Virus record (IMG/VR): IMGVR_UViG_3300021138_000005
Source: an uncultured virus (IMG/VR IMGVR_UViG_3300021138_000005)
Lineage: Duplodnaviria > Heunggongvirae > Uroviricota > Caudoviricetes
DNA: 64,000 nt
Strand: one strand, 5' to 3'
Made by a program: the position numbers and the translations under genes. Of this stretch, positions 19,196 to 29,109 are shown piece after piece (position 1 is the stretch's first letter; the number at the start of each line of letters is the position of its first letter). The notes below the pieces were generated by a model that was not told the DNA's origin, did not search any database, and saw nothing but the letters and a program-made list of their open reading frames with translations.

Positions 19196-20965
19196 ATGGC
19201 ATCTTGGAAGAAATACTTCAGCGCAGTTCCAACTCAAGCTCGAATGCAGCAACGCATGGAGCAGTGGAACAGCGACGGCGATGCTAAACCAGGCAGTGCA
19301 TCAAAATACAATAGCTATCTGCCAGAAGTCTATAGTGGTGCGCCAAACAGAATAGAACGCTATGTGCAGTATGAGCAAATGGATCTCGACAGCGAGATCA
19401 GTCGTGCTTTAGATACTATCAGCGATTTCAGTACGCAGAGTTTTGACAAAGACGATGAGCCATTTGAACTTGCATACAAAGGCAAGCTTAGCGAGACTGA
19501 GATTAAATTGCTAACAGAAACACTGCAGCAGTGGTGCAGTCTAAACAAATGGCGCCAACGACTATGGCGCATGTTCCGCAATGTGATCAAGTATGGTGAT
19601 CAAATTTATGTGCGTGATCCAGAAACCTTTAGACTGATTTGGATTGATCCGACCAAAGTTGAGAAAATTATCGTCAATGAAGACAAAGGCAAGAGCGTTG
19701 AGCAATATGTGATCCGTGAGATGGATTTCAATCTCAATACTCTAGTTGGAAGCGACATGCTATCGCATGATCAATATAGCTTCCCTGGCGGTTATCCAAG
19801 AAGCGGTAATCCGGCTAGCGGTGCTGGCACACTTGCTTACGGCCAGACAAATAGCCCCGGATCTCGACAGAGTCGATTCAACAATGCACCTCAAGACACA
19901 GCAGTTGATGCAACACACGTTGTGCATCTAAGCTTGTCGGAAGGCATGGATAACCAATGGCCGTTTGGTACTAGCATACTTGAGAGCATTTATAAAGTTT
20001 ATAAGCAAAAAGACTTGCTTGAAGATTGCATACTAATCTATCGCATTGTGCGTGCTCCAGAACGTCGTGTGTTCTATATCGATGTTGGTTCGCTGTCCGG
20101 ACCACGCGCCATGCAGTACGTTGAACGCATCAAGAATGAGATATATCAGCGTCGTATACCTAATAGGACAGGCGGTGGTACTAGTGTTATTGATGCTGCT
20201 TACAATCCAATCAGTATCAATGAAGATTTCTTCCTTGCTACCAACGCAGAAGGCAAGGGCACAAGGATTGAAAATCTAGCAGCAGGTGAAAACCTAGGTC
20301 AGATTGACGATCTCAAGTACTTCAACAACAAGATGATCCGAGGCCTCGGTGTGCCTAGCAGCTATCTACCAACCGGACCAGATGATGGTACTGCTGTATA
20401 TACAGATGGTAAGATGGGTACTGCGTTCGTACAGGAATATCGCTTTACCAAATACTGCGAGCGTCTGCAGAACCTCATGAGCCCAATACTTGACAAAGAA
20501 TTCAAACTGTTCCTCAAGCATCGTGGCATAGAGATACAGAGTAACTTGTTTGAGCTGCAGTTCTTTGCCCCTGAGAGCTTTGGTGAATATCGCAGGATGG
20601 GCATGGATGCAGAACAGATTAATCTGTTCAGCACTCTCATGGGCACCGAAGCTACCAAGTATGTCAGCAAGAGATTTGCGCTTGAACGGTATCTTGGTTG
20701 GACGCAGGATGATATCAGCCGCAATGAACAGATGTGGCGCGAAGAAAATGCCGAAAAGGTTAAAACTAAAACTGGATCTGCAGCAGCTGGAGAAGCACCT
20801 GGTATGAATGCCATAGGCATGCGTCCTGAATCAGAATCACCTGCACCAGAAGGTGAAGCACCAGAAGGCGAAGAAGGTGCACCACCAGAAGAAGGCGGCG
20901 AAGCACCAGAAGGCGGCGCACCAACACCAGCACCACCGGGCGGTGGCATATTAGGTGGTACGTAA
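19196..20965 (+). CDS. Portal protein, gp20-like
   Basis: LLEDCILIYRIVRAPERRVFYIDVG, EDFF, GVPSSYL motifs. Confidence 0.95.
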   Translation: MASWKKYFSAVPTQARMQQRMEQWNSDGDAKPGSASKYNSYLPEVYSGAPNRIERYVQYEQMDLDSEISRALDTISDFSTQSFDKDDEPFELAYKGKLSETEIKLLTETLQQWCSLNKWRQRLWRMFRNVIKYGDQIYVRDPETFRLIWIDPTKVEKIIVNEDKGKSVEQYVIREMDFNLNTLVGSDMLSHDQYSFPGGYPRSGNPASGAGTLAYGQTNSPGSRQSRFNNAPQDTAVDATHVVHLSLSEGMDNQWPFGTSILESIYKVYKQKDLLEDCILIYRIVRAPERRVFYIDVGSLSGPRAMQYVERIKNEIYQRRIPNRTGGGTSVIDAAYNPISINEDFFLATNAEGKGTRIENLAAGENLGQIDDLKYFNNKMIRGLGVPSSYLPTGPDDGTAVYTDGKMGTAFVQEYRFTKYCERLQNLMSPILDKEFKLFLKHRGIEIQSNLFELQFFAPESFGEYRRMGMDAEQINLFSTLMGTEATKYVSKRFALERYLGWTQDDISRNEQMWREENAEKVKTKTGSAAAGEAPGMNAIGMRPESESPAPEGEAPEGEEGAPPEEGGEAPEGGAPTPAPPGGGILGGT

Positions 20966-20996
20966 TGCCAATAAATATTACGGTTGGAGCAAAAAC

Positions 20997-21215
20997 ATGA
21001 GAGCCGATGAGATAGAAGGTGCGTACTATTCACCAGAAGATGACAAGTTTAGCCAAGCAAAGCTGCATGATACTCGCAGGCCTAGGTTAACATTAGTCCA
21101 GCTTAACAAGTTGAAAAAGATGCGTGCAGCTAAAGCATTAGAAGATCTTGTTCACGCCGATCATCTAGAAATACAATATGCTCCGCCAGCCGAAGAAGGC
21201 GGTGCACCTCTATGA
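20997..21215 (+). CDS. Small head-region protein
   Basis: TAAATA 20972-77 and GGAG SD before ATG 20997; DTRRPRLTLVQLNKLKKMR. Confidence 0.65.
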   Translation: MRADEIEGAYYSPEDDKFSQAKLHDTRRPRLTLVQLNKLKKMRAAKALEDLVHADHLEIQYAPPAEEGGAPL

Positions 21216-22258
21216 GTTATCAGATTCCATATCAAAGTTCTGCAACAAGCCAGAGTAACATCATCGTGCAAGATGGTACTATCAATACTACTGCTACTAG
21301 CCTTGCTCTAGTTGGCGCAAATAGCGTAAATTTTGGTCTATACATCAATCAGAATTTCGTAGAACTGCTGCAGAGTTTTGCTAGCAATACGTCTCCGACC
21401 AGTCCTTTGATAGGACAGCTTTGGTACAATACCAATACTGGTTCTATCAATTATTACAATGGTAAGACTTGGAGCGTGCTAACCCCGCCATTTGACGGTG
21501 TATCAGGCACTGCTACTGTAAGCATATTAGGTAATGGTGTTGCTCTAACTTTAGCTGGTAATGAAATAATATATGCTGTGAGTTTGGTAGCTTTTCCGCA
21601 AGCAAGTTTGCCATTAACAGTTCTTATTAATGATACTTCTTATGCTATGGCATCACGATTCCCGCAGGGTTTAGGTGCAGGAATCACCATGGCTACAGAT
21701 GCAAATGGTTTACAATTATGGGGTAATGCACGTACTGCTAATGCTTTTTCTAGCAATATGACAATCACTGTAACTGGTAGTGCTAATGCTAGCGTGACAT
21801 TTAATGGTAGCAGTAATGTAACCATGCCAATAGCATTAACAAACGTAGTACCACCAGGATATTACACAAACGTGTACGTGGGCAGCAACGGTATAGTTAC
21901 ATCCGGTGGTTATATCAGTAATCTAGACGTTACTACGGCGTTGGGATATACACCTGGCGTGCAAAATGGACCTGCTAATGTTCTAACATTTGGTTCAAAT
22001 ATAGTACTAAATGGTGTTGTAGGCGGCAGTAACATATTCTATGGTAACAGCAACATAACCATAACCACAACGTTCCTTGATAATCCAATGCCTACAAATG
22101 GCATTATATTATTGCCAATTAGTAGTACATTACCAGTTGGTTGGGCTGTTGCTAATGGACAAGTTATAACTTTACCAAATGGCGGCGGATCGGTAGTTAC
22201 TGCCAATATAAACGGTAGTGCTCCAACTGGGACAAATTACATTCAAAAAGTTTACTAA
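21212..22258 (+). CDS. Virion structural/fibre-like protein
   Basis: Ser/Thr/Asn/Gly-rich; SLALVG...NQNFVELLQSFA...PLIGQLWY N-terminal module seen in phage virion proteins. Confidence 0.55.
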   Translation: MSYQIPYQSSATSQSNIIVQDGTINTTATSLALVGANSVNFGLYINQNFVELLQSFASNTSPTSPLIGQLWYNTNTGSINYYNGKTWSVLTPPFDGVSGTATVSILGNGVALTLAGNEIIYAVSLVAFPQASLPLTVLINDTSYAMASRFPQGLGAGITMATDANGLQLWGNARTANAFSSNMTITVTGSANASVTFNGSSNVTMPIALTNVVPPGYYTNVYVGSNGIVTSGGYISNLDVTTALGYTPGVQNGPANVLTFGSNIVLNGVVGGSNIFYGNSNITITTTFLDNPMPTNGIILLPISSTLPVGWAVANGQVITLPNGGGSVVTANINGSAPTGTNYIQKVY

Positions 22259-22371
22259 GTTTAATTTGTCACTAATCTGTAATTTTTTCGCCTATATTTC
22301 ACTAGATTTATCTTGAGGTATTAAATATACCCGAGTCTGTACCACATCTTACAACACAGGAGACTAAGACA

Positions 22372-23355
22372 ATGGCTAAGAGCAAGCTAGAACAAGTCCT
22401 AGAGCATCTCGTCGCTGGCGACGAAGCTAAGGCAAAAGACCTACTTCATCAGGTATTCATTGAAAAGGCCCGTGCTATTCACGAGGAACTGATCAGTGCT
22501 GATGAGGACATGGAAGAAGAAACACTGGGCGGTGACGAAGGCAAGCAGCTGCGTCACGATATGATGCATCACAGCAATGAGATCGAAGAACTCAGCAATG
22601 AGATCGATAGCGAAGAGATCATGGGCGAAGACGAAGACATGATGGCAGCCGATGCTGACATGGACATGGCTGATGCTGAAGACGATCTCGGCGATGCTAT
22701 GGTAGCTACCGATGATGCTGCAGCAGACATGGGCGACGATGCTATGAGCGGCGACGTCATGGGCGACATTGAAAGCACCATGGGTGACCTTGAAACTGCT
22801 CTTGCAGATCTCAAGGCAGAGTTTGAAAAGCTTGAAGGCGGCTCAGACGATGCTGGCATGGACGCCATGGGTGACATGGGCGGCGAAGAAATGAGCGACG
22901 AAGAAGGCGAAGGCGACGAAGAAGGCGAAGAAGAGATGGACGAAATGTTTACCGAAGAAGACTTCGACGATCTCGCCGAAGCAGTAGAACTTGAGAAGGT
23001 TACTGTGCCACACAGCGGCGAAGTAGGTGCTGGCAAGTTCAGCCCACGCGATGCCAATGAAAAGGCCAAGAGCCCACTACCACCAAGCCAGACCTCACGC
23101 TTTGGTGCTGAGCCAATCAAGACTGGCAAGGGTCCAACAGCCAACGGTTATGCACTGCAGTCTGCGCCATCAAGCGACAAGCTTCCTATCGAAGCCAAGG
23201 GTAACCAACGCAAGAAGGCAACCGATGGCATGGAAAATGAGCAGAGCGGCAAGTATGGTGCCAAGGAAGACAGCAAGAGCGCACTTGACACAACTGATCG
23301 CACTTTTGGCAAGGGCAACCAAACCAGCCCACTTACACATGCCCCGCGCAAGTAA
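22372..23355 (+). CDS. Acidic prohead core/scaffold protein
   Basis: Very D/E/M-rich; between portal and protease; TAAATA at 22322-27 and GGAG SD. Confidence 0.7.
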   Translation: MAKSKLEQVLEHLVAGDEAKAKDLLHQVFIEKARAIHEELISADEDMEEETLGGDEGKQLRHDMMHHSNEIEELSNEIDSEEIMGEDEDMMAADADMDMADAEDDLGDAMVATDDAAADMGDDAMSGDVMGDIESTMGDLETALADLKAEFEKLEGGSDDAGMDAMGDMGGEEMSDEEGEGDEEGEEEMDEMFTEEDFDDLAEAVELEKVTVPHSGEVGAGKFSPRDANEKAKSPLPPSQTSRFGAEPIKTGKGPTANGYALQSAPSSDKLPIEAKGNQRKKATDGMENEQSGKYGAKEDSKSALDTTDRTFGKGNQTSPLTHAPRK

Positions 23356-23377
23356 TTGACACTGCTGATATGATATC

Positions 23378-23410
23378 AAAATACCGCAGGAATTGATCCT
23401 GCGGTATTTT
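23378..23410 (+). terminator. Intrinsic terminator
   Basis: aaaataccgcagga-attga-tcctgcggtatttt perfect inverted repeat. Confidence 0.8.
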
Positions 23411-23487
23411 CTTACAAAAAACACCTATTTGCGGCAGGTTAATCAAACTGTCACTAAATATCACACCCAAACTATATAGGTAGTGTC

Positions 23488-24129
23488 ATGAAAGAAAATA
23501 TCCTAGTTGAACACCTCGCCTACGACACTGCAAAAGCCGAAGTCATAACTGAATCGGCTGGTGAGGGCCAACCAAAGAATGTCTACATGAAAGGTATCTT
23601 CATCCAGGGTGGTCTGCGCAACCATAACGGTCGTGTATATCCCGTGAATGAGATCCGCAAAGCAGTTGAGACCCTGAATGAGTCAATCAGACAGGATAGC
23701 GGAGTGCTCGGTGAGTGTGATCACCCACAAGAGCTCCAGATACATCTCGATCGCGTGAGCCACAAGATCACTGAAATGTGGATGGACGGAGCCAACGGAT
23801 ACGGCAAGCTTCAAGTGCTGCCAACGCCTTGCGGTGAAATCGTCCGCACACTACTGCAAAGCGGCATCAAGCTTGGTGTTAGCAGCCGCGGTTCAGGAAA
23901 CGTAGACGATAACGGCGAAGTTAGCGACTTTGACATGCTCACAGTTGATATCGTCGCAAAGCCAAGCGCGCCTAATGCTTACCCCGTGCCTATGTACGAG
24001 GCAATCATGAATCGCAAACACGGATACCGAACTCACGAACTCGCTGAAGCAGTTCGCCATGATAAAGGTGCACAGAAGCATCTTACCAAGGTGCTGCTTA
24101 ACTGGGTTGACGAGTTGAAACTGAGATAA
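23488..24129 (+). CDS. Prohead protease, gp21-like
   Basis: NHNGRVYP, GECDHP, GVSSRGSG, DIVAKPSAPNA; TAAATA at 23455-60. Confidence 0.93.
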   Translation: MKENILVEHLAYDTAKAEVITESAGEGQPKNVYMKGIFIQGGLRNHNGRVYPVNEIRKAVETLNESIRQDSGVLGECDHPQELQIHLDRVSHKITEMWMDGANGYGKLQVLPTPCGEIVRTLLQSGIKLGVSSRGSGNVDDNGEVSDFDMLTVDIVAKPSAPNAYPVPMYEAIMNRKHGYRTHELAEAVRHDKGAQKHLTKVLLNWVDELKLR

Positions 24130-24141
24130 GGAGTCGGTTGA

Positions 24142-25344
24142 ATGACAACGAAACTAGAAGAGCTCCTTGAGAACGAAGTGCTTGGCCCTGAGGTCAAGTC
24201 TGCGCTCCAAGAAGCATTCCAAGCTAAGATCAAGCAAGCCGAAGCCCAACTGCAGGAAGATTATGCTGCACGCTATGCCAATGACAAGCAACAGCTTGTT
24301 GAGGCAATGGACAACATGATGAGCGATACCATCCGCTCTGAGCTTGAAGAGTTCGCAGAAGACCGCGCTGCTCTGATCGCACAGAAGGCCAAGCTCAGCC
24401 GTGAAACTCTAGCAGCTAAGCGCATTGCAGAGGCTAAGGTAGCTCAACACACTAAACTGCTGAACGCATTCATTGCCAAGCAGCTCAAGGAAGAAGTAGC
24501 AGAGTTCGTCTCCGATAGGAAGACGCTAGAATCACAGCGCAAGCAGATGGCCAAGCAAGTCGAAGCAATCCGCGAAAGCGCAAAGAAGTCAACTCAGGAT
24601 CGCATCAGCAAGCTAGAAGGTTTCGTTGTTAAGAAGCTTTCAGAAGAGATTGCTGAATTTGAGACTGACAAAAAGGCTCTCATTGAGCAGCGTGCTAAGC
24701 TCGCTGCAGAGGGCAAGCAGAAGATCAACGAAACCAAGGCAGCATTCCTAACGAAGGCAACTACGACGCTCGACAAGACGTTGAACGAAGTCATCCGCAA
24801 GGAACTGGTACAGTGGAGAGACGACATCAAGGTTGCTCGTGAAAACAATTTTGGTCGTAGGATCTTCGAAGCCGTTGCAAGCGAATACATGGCTAGCTAC
24901 CTCTCAGAGGGCAGCGAAGTCAAGAAGCTGCAGCGCCAGCTGGCTGAAAGCCAGTCACGCATTGACGAAGCAAAGAAGCAGATCACCGAAAAGACAAAGC
25001 TCGTTGAATCAGCAGCAGCGCAGATCAAGGCAGCCAACGATCGCACACAGAGGCTGGAGCTCATGAGTGAGATGCTAGCTCCTCTAGCACGCGATAAGAA
25101 GGCAATCATGGAAGAGATGTTGCAGGACATTAAGACTAATAATCTTAGAGAAGCCTTCAATCGTTACCTTCCAACCGTGATGAACGGTGAAGCAACTGGC
25201 GCTATCAGGCAGAAGCTGTCTGAGAATGCTACCAATAAGTCCGTGGCATTCACGGGTGACAGGCCAAACAAGCTGTCAGAAGCGGTGAGAGAAGATAACC
25301 AAGACATTGGTCAAATTCTCTATCTCGCAGGCATTAACAAGTAA
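24142..25344 (+). CDS. Major prohead scaffold, gp22-like
   Basis: Long coiled coil between protease and capsid genes; FGRRIFEA motif. Confidence 0.85.
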   Translation: MTTKLEELLENEVLGPEVKSALQEAFQAKIKQAEAQLQEDYAARYANDKQQLVEAMDNMMSDTIRSELEEFAEDRAALIAQKAKLSRETLAAKRIAEAKVAQHTKLLNAFIAKQLKEEVAEFVSDRKTLESQRKQMAKQVEAIRESAKKSTQDRISKLEGFVVKKLSEEIAEFETDKKALIEQRAKLAAEGKQKINETKAAFLTKATTTLDKTLNEVIRKELVQWRDDIKVARENNFGRRIFEAVASEYMASYLSEGSEVKKLQRQLAESQSRIDEAKKQITEKTKLVESAAAQIKAANDRTQRLELMSEMLAPLARDKKAIMEEMLQDIKTNNLREAFNRYLPTVMNGEATGAIRQKLSENATNKSVAFTGDRPNKLSEAVREDNQDIGQILYLAGINK

Positions 25345-25359
25345 AAGGAAGCCAAAACT

Positions 25360-26559
25360 ATGAGCAAGAATCTATTTGAAACTCATTGGTCGGCTACCAA
25401 GACCGCACTCTGCGAAGGTCTCTCAGGCAATCGCAAGAAGGTTATGGAAGTTGTCCTTGAGAATACCAAGAAGGACCTGCAGAGCAAGTCCGGAATACTT
25501 TTTGAAAGTGCAACACCAGGCAGCACGTCTGCAGGTAACGTTGCTACTCTCAACAAGGTTATCCTCCCAGTAATTCGTCGTGTTATGCCTACGGTCATAG
25601 CAAACGAAATCATTGGCGTTCAGCCTATGACTGGCCCAGTTGGTCAGATCCACACGCTGCGCGTTCGTTATGCTGACACGTTTGGTTCGCCAAATCCAGT
25701 TGCAGCTAACACAGAAGCACTTAGCCCATTCCAGATCGCTGCGTTCTACTCTGGTAACGGCAACAGCACTGCTCCAGCAGCTGCACCAGTAAGCGTCCTC
25801 GAAGGCGTGGCTGGTAAGCGCTTGAACATCCAGATCCTCAAGGAAGTTGTAGAAGCAAAGACCCGCAAGCTCAGCGCTCGTTGGACCTTTGAAGCTGCAC
25901 AGGATGCACAGGCACAGCAGGGCATTGACATCGAAGCAGAAATCATGGCTGCTCTGGCTCAGGAAATCACCGCTGAAATCGATCAGGAGATCTTGACCTC
26001 CTTGCTCGCTCTAGCTGGTACTACACTGACCTACGATCAGGCTGCAGTTTCTGGTACAGCAACATTCGTTGGTGACGAACACGCAGCTCTTGCGATCCTC
26101 ATCAACCGTGCTGCTAACTTGATCGCTGCTCGCACACGTCGTGGCGCAGGCAACTGGGTTGTTGTGAGCCCAACCGCTCTCACCATACTACAGTCTGCAA
26201 CGACTTCTGCGTTTGCACGTACCACGGAAGGCACGTTCGAAGCTCCAACCAACACCAAGTTCGTTGGTACTTTGAACAACAGCATGCGTGTTTACGTCAA
26301 CCAGTACGCAAGCGATGCTACCAACGTTCTCGTTGGTTATAAGGGTCCAGGCGAAATTGATGCAGCAGCTTATTACTGCCCATACGTTCCGCTAACGTCT
26401 TCAGGCGTTATCATTGATCCGAATACCTTCGAGCCAGTAGTCAGCTTCATGTCACGTTATGGCTACCTAGAGCTTACCAACACGGCAAGCAGCTTGGGTA
26501 ACGCAGCTGACTACCTCGCTGGTATCGCGATCAATACGGCGCATTTGAAGTTCTTGTAG
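25360..26559 (+). CDS. Major capsid protein, gp23-like
   Basis: IGVQPMTGPVGQIH, TRKLSARWT, EITAEIDQE, YCPYVPL, FMSRYG. Confidence 0.97.
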   Translation: MSKNLFETHWSATKTALCEGLSGNRKKVMEVVLENTKKDLQSKSGILFESATPGSTSAGNVATLNKVILPVIRRVMPTVIANEIIGVQPMTGPVGQIHTLRVRYADTFGSPNPVAANTEALSPFQIAAFYSGNGNSTAPAAAPVSVLEGVAGKRLNIQILKEVVEAKTRKLSARWTFEAAQDAQAQQGIDIEAEIMAALAQEITAEIDQEILTSLLALAGTTLTYDQAAVSGTATFVGDEHAALAILINRAANLIAARTRRGAGNWVVVSPTALTILQSATTSAFARTTEGTFEAPTNTKFVGTLNNSMRVYVNQYASDATNVLVGYKGPGEIDAAAYYCPYVPLTSSGVIIDPNTFEPVVSFMSRYGYLELTNTASSLGNAADYLAGIAINTAHLKFL

Positions 26560-26602
26560 AATTACATATACTTGTTGCAAAAGCTTCAAGTGTTACTTCA
26601 AC

Positions 26603-26630
26603 AGAATGGGAGCCTAAGGGCTCCCATTCT
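26603..26630. terminator. Terminator hairpin between the capsid gene and the convergent endonuclease
   Basis: agaatgggagcc-taag-ggctcccattct. Confidence 0.8.
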
Positions 26631-26641
26631 TGTTATCTGCA

Positions 26642-27496
26642 CTAGAATAAATCAAACCCTTGGCGTTTAAGCTGATCGTGCCAATCTGGTACCAGTTTAT
26701 TGGTTACAGCGATGCGATATATCCTGTAACCGTTGTTTTCAGCTAATTTGTCTTTGCCTCTATCTCTTTCGATTACCCTCTCTAACATGATGATCCTATC
26801 TTCTTCTGATGCTTCAGGACCACCAAACATAAACATCGGATCTCTGTGATACGGGCCGTCTATCTCGACCAAGATATCTTCGCCTATCTTGAAATCATAC
26901 ACCCTGTTGGTTAGATGGAAGCTCCTGATATACGAAACATTGCGTCTGTCTAGCTCGGCTGCAAACTCGCGTTCTGGTCGTGTATTAAACAGTTTAGGAA
27001 CAAGTTTATCAGAATTCTCCTGCATGTATTTCAACCTTGCTTGGCTGTAGCGTTCGCGTTGTTCGTCTGTGGCCTTGCTACCTCGCCGTGCAGCCCACAT
27101 CTGTTCAACCTTAGCCTGTACCATCTCGGGTGACCTAGACTTAGCAATATCGCTCATCTTCTGCCTGAATGCCGCACCCCTGTCCTTGCCCAGCATGGGT
27201 GATCCATTCTCTTCGATGTATCGCGCATAGCTCTCTCGCCACTTATCAATCTCGTTGGCTGTACGAGTTTTGCCCTTGTGCTTTGAACCAATCTTAGCTT
27301 TGGTATCATCACTGTGTTTGTATCCAGTTCGACTGACACGCATCTTAGCGCGAGTCTCTTCACTGACCGGTTTTGGTTTGCGAGTATAGTGTCCAGGAAA
27401 TCGTTCTCTGTATTCTGCGGCTGTAATACCATGTGCTACGAGGTGCTTACCTGATAGTGCTCCGAGCAGTCTCTTGCATATCTGGCATTCGATCAT
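26642..27496 (-). mobile_element. Free-standing homing endonuclease: N-terminal Zn finger, NUMOD3-like repeats, DUF559/Vsr-like nuclease
   Basis: CQIC...HL..H; SEETRAKMR / HSDDTKAKIG; YDFKI...VEIDGPYH; TAAATA on the minus strand at 27524-29. Confidence 0.75.
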
Positions 27497-27542
27497 TTCT
27501 CGACCTATAATTTAAGTGTGCTGTATTTATTGTAATAAATCA

Positions 27543-27570
27543 AAAACCTCAAGATTGCTCTTGAGGTTTT
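27543..27570. terminator. Terminator-like hairpin
   Basis: aaaacctcaaga-ttgc-tcttgaggtttt. Confidence 0.65.
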
Positions 27571-27638
27571 CTGTTATGTAGGTTACCGGACTGTTACAGT
27601 ATAATGTAACATTACATATCCTGTGTCAATGGTATTGC

Positions 27639-28283
27639 ATGTTAGAAAAAGAACTGAATCTAATAGTATATAAGCCGGGGTACGGTGGCCGGTTTATTTC
27701 TGGTTTGTTGTCGTTGGACGAATCGATATATCCTCCATTCTTCTTAGATTACGACAAAACAGCAAGTAGGAAAACGATATTTTCATACAAAGATCTTCGT
27801 AAAAATCATAACAGTTGGTCAGAACATCATAATCTTAGATCTGATACGTTATATCAAAGTGTGTATCTTGAAGAATTTAGCAACAGTGAACACAGATCTT
27901 GGGTAGCTGCATTGCATCCTCATGAATACTACAATTGGTTTTTTGAAAAATATGAGGTAACAATCAGAAATAAAATTGGCAAAATAAATTACATACACAT
28001 TCAATTGAGTGATCATTTAGAGATAGCAATAGACAAATTTAAGAATCATAATAACGGTTTTCCAAAACTTAGAATCGAGGAAAACGAATTAGACAGCAGA
28101 TATGCATATGAAACTAATCCGTTTGTGATTAATCTTGATAATTTTGTACTAGGCGAAGAAACCTTTATTCCAGAATACAGAAAAATATGCGACTATGTGC
28201 AAATACCGTATCAAATAAACGATGCATTAGAACTATACCGAGATTGGTATCTTGAAAGAAAATTTCTAGAATATCTAAGTTAG
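27639..28283 (+). CDS. Hypothetical protein, possibly sulfotransferase-like P-loop fold; AT-rich
   Basis: N-terminal IVYKPGYGGRFI loop; visibly more AT-rich than its neighbours. Confidence 0.5.
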   Translation: MLEKELNLIVYKPGYGGRFISGLLSLDESIYPPFFLDYDKTASRKTIFSYKDLRKNHNSWSEHHNLRSDTLYQSVYLEEFSNSEHRSWVAALHPHEYYNWFFEKYEVTIRNKIGKINYIHIQLSDHLEIAIDKFKNHNNGFPKLRIEENELDSRYAYETNPFVINLDNFVLGEETFIPEYRKICDYVQIPYQINDALELYRDWYLERKFLEYLS

Positions 28284-28371
28284 TATGTTGGTTGAATTAA
28301 GCAATGCTATAGATATTGCCGCGTTATAATGATTTAGTGTACTATAAATATCAATATGATTGGGGCAAGTG

Positions 28372-29109
28372 ATGAGATTACGTGACATATTGACCGAAGG
28401 TGGTAATCAAATACCAGGTGCCAGAGACGTTCCAATAGACCAAGTACAATCTGTTGTAGACAAAGCAGTTAATGTTCTTCCTCCTATCCTTCGTGTAAAT
28501 CTAGCCAAAGATATAGGCTCAGCTGGATTCAAGAAAGTGCCACCAGGTGATATTGATCTGATGATTGAATCGGATGATCTGATCAAGCAGTTTAAGACAG
28601 CTGGCGAGAAAGATCCTGTGAAATCTGCTAAGAAAGCATTAGAAGCATACCTCAAGCAAAAAGGATACGAGTCAAACATGAGCGGTCGAAACGTGCATGT
28701 TGGCATACCGTTTGACGGAGGTATCGCTCAAGTAGATTACATGGTCATAGAAGATGTACCGACAGTAGCACCATATCATCAACATGGTCCTCGCGGCAGC
28801 TACGACGATCCGGATTTCAAAGGCAGCGACATATTCATAGTGATGAACAGCATAGGCAAAGCACTTGGTCTCAAGTTTGATGCGTTCAGTGGCAAGTTGA
28901 TGCGCAGAGATGATAACACCGTGGTTGCTAAAGACAGGGATGCTGTGGCAAAGACATTGCTGAATCCAAGTGCAACAGCTGATGATCTAAACTCTGTAAA
29001 GAGCATAGTAAAAGCCTTGGAAAATGACCCAGCGCGAGATGCTAAGCTAGCACAGGCCAAAGAGTCGGCTGCTAAAGGTATCATAAATCTACCTAATGAT
29101 CTACAGTGA
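28372..29109 (+). CDS. Pol-beta-superfamily nucleotidyltransferase-like protein, late expressed
   Basis: GSAG...GDIDL and QVD motifs; TATAAATA at 28343-50; N-terminus MRLRDILTEGG. Confidence 0.65.
   Translation: MRLRDILTEGGNQIPGARDVPIDQVQSVVDKAVNVLPPILRVNLAKDIGSAGFKKVPPGDIDLMIESDDLIKQFKTAGEKDPVKSAKKALEAYLKQKGYESNMSGRNVHVGIPFDGGIAQVDYMVIEDVPTVAPYHQHGPRGSYDDPDFKGSDIFIVMNSIGKALGLKFDAFSGKLMRRDDNTVVAKDRDAVAKTLLNPSATADDLNSVKSIVKALENDPARDAKLAQAKESAAKGIINLPNDLQ

Noticed and set aside
20830..20940. gcaccagaagg short repeats
   Set aside because: They encode the Pro/Glu/Gly low-complexity tail of the portal protein; not an independent element
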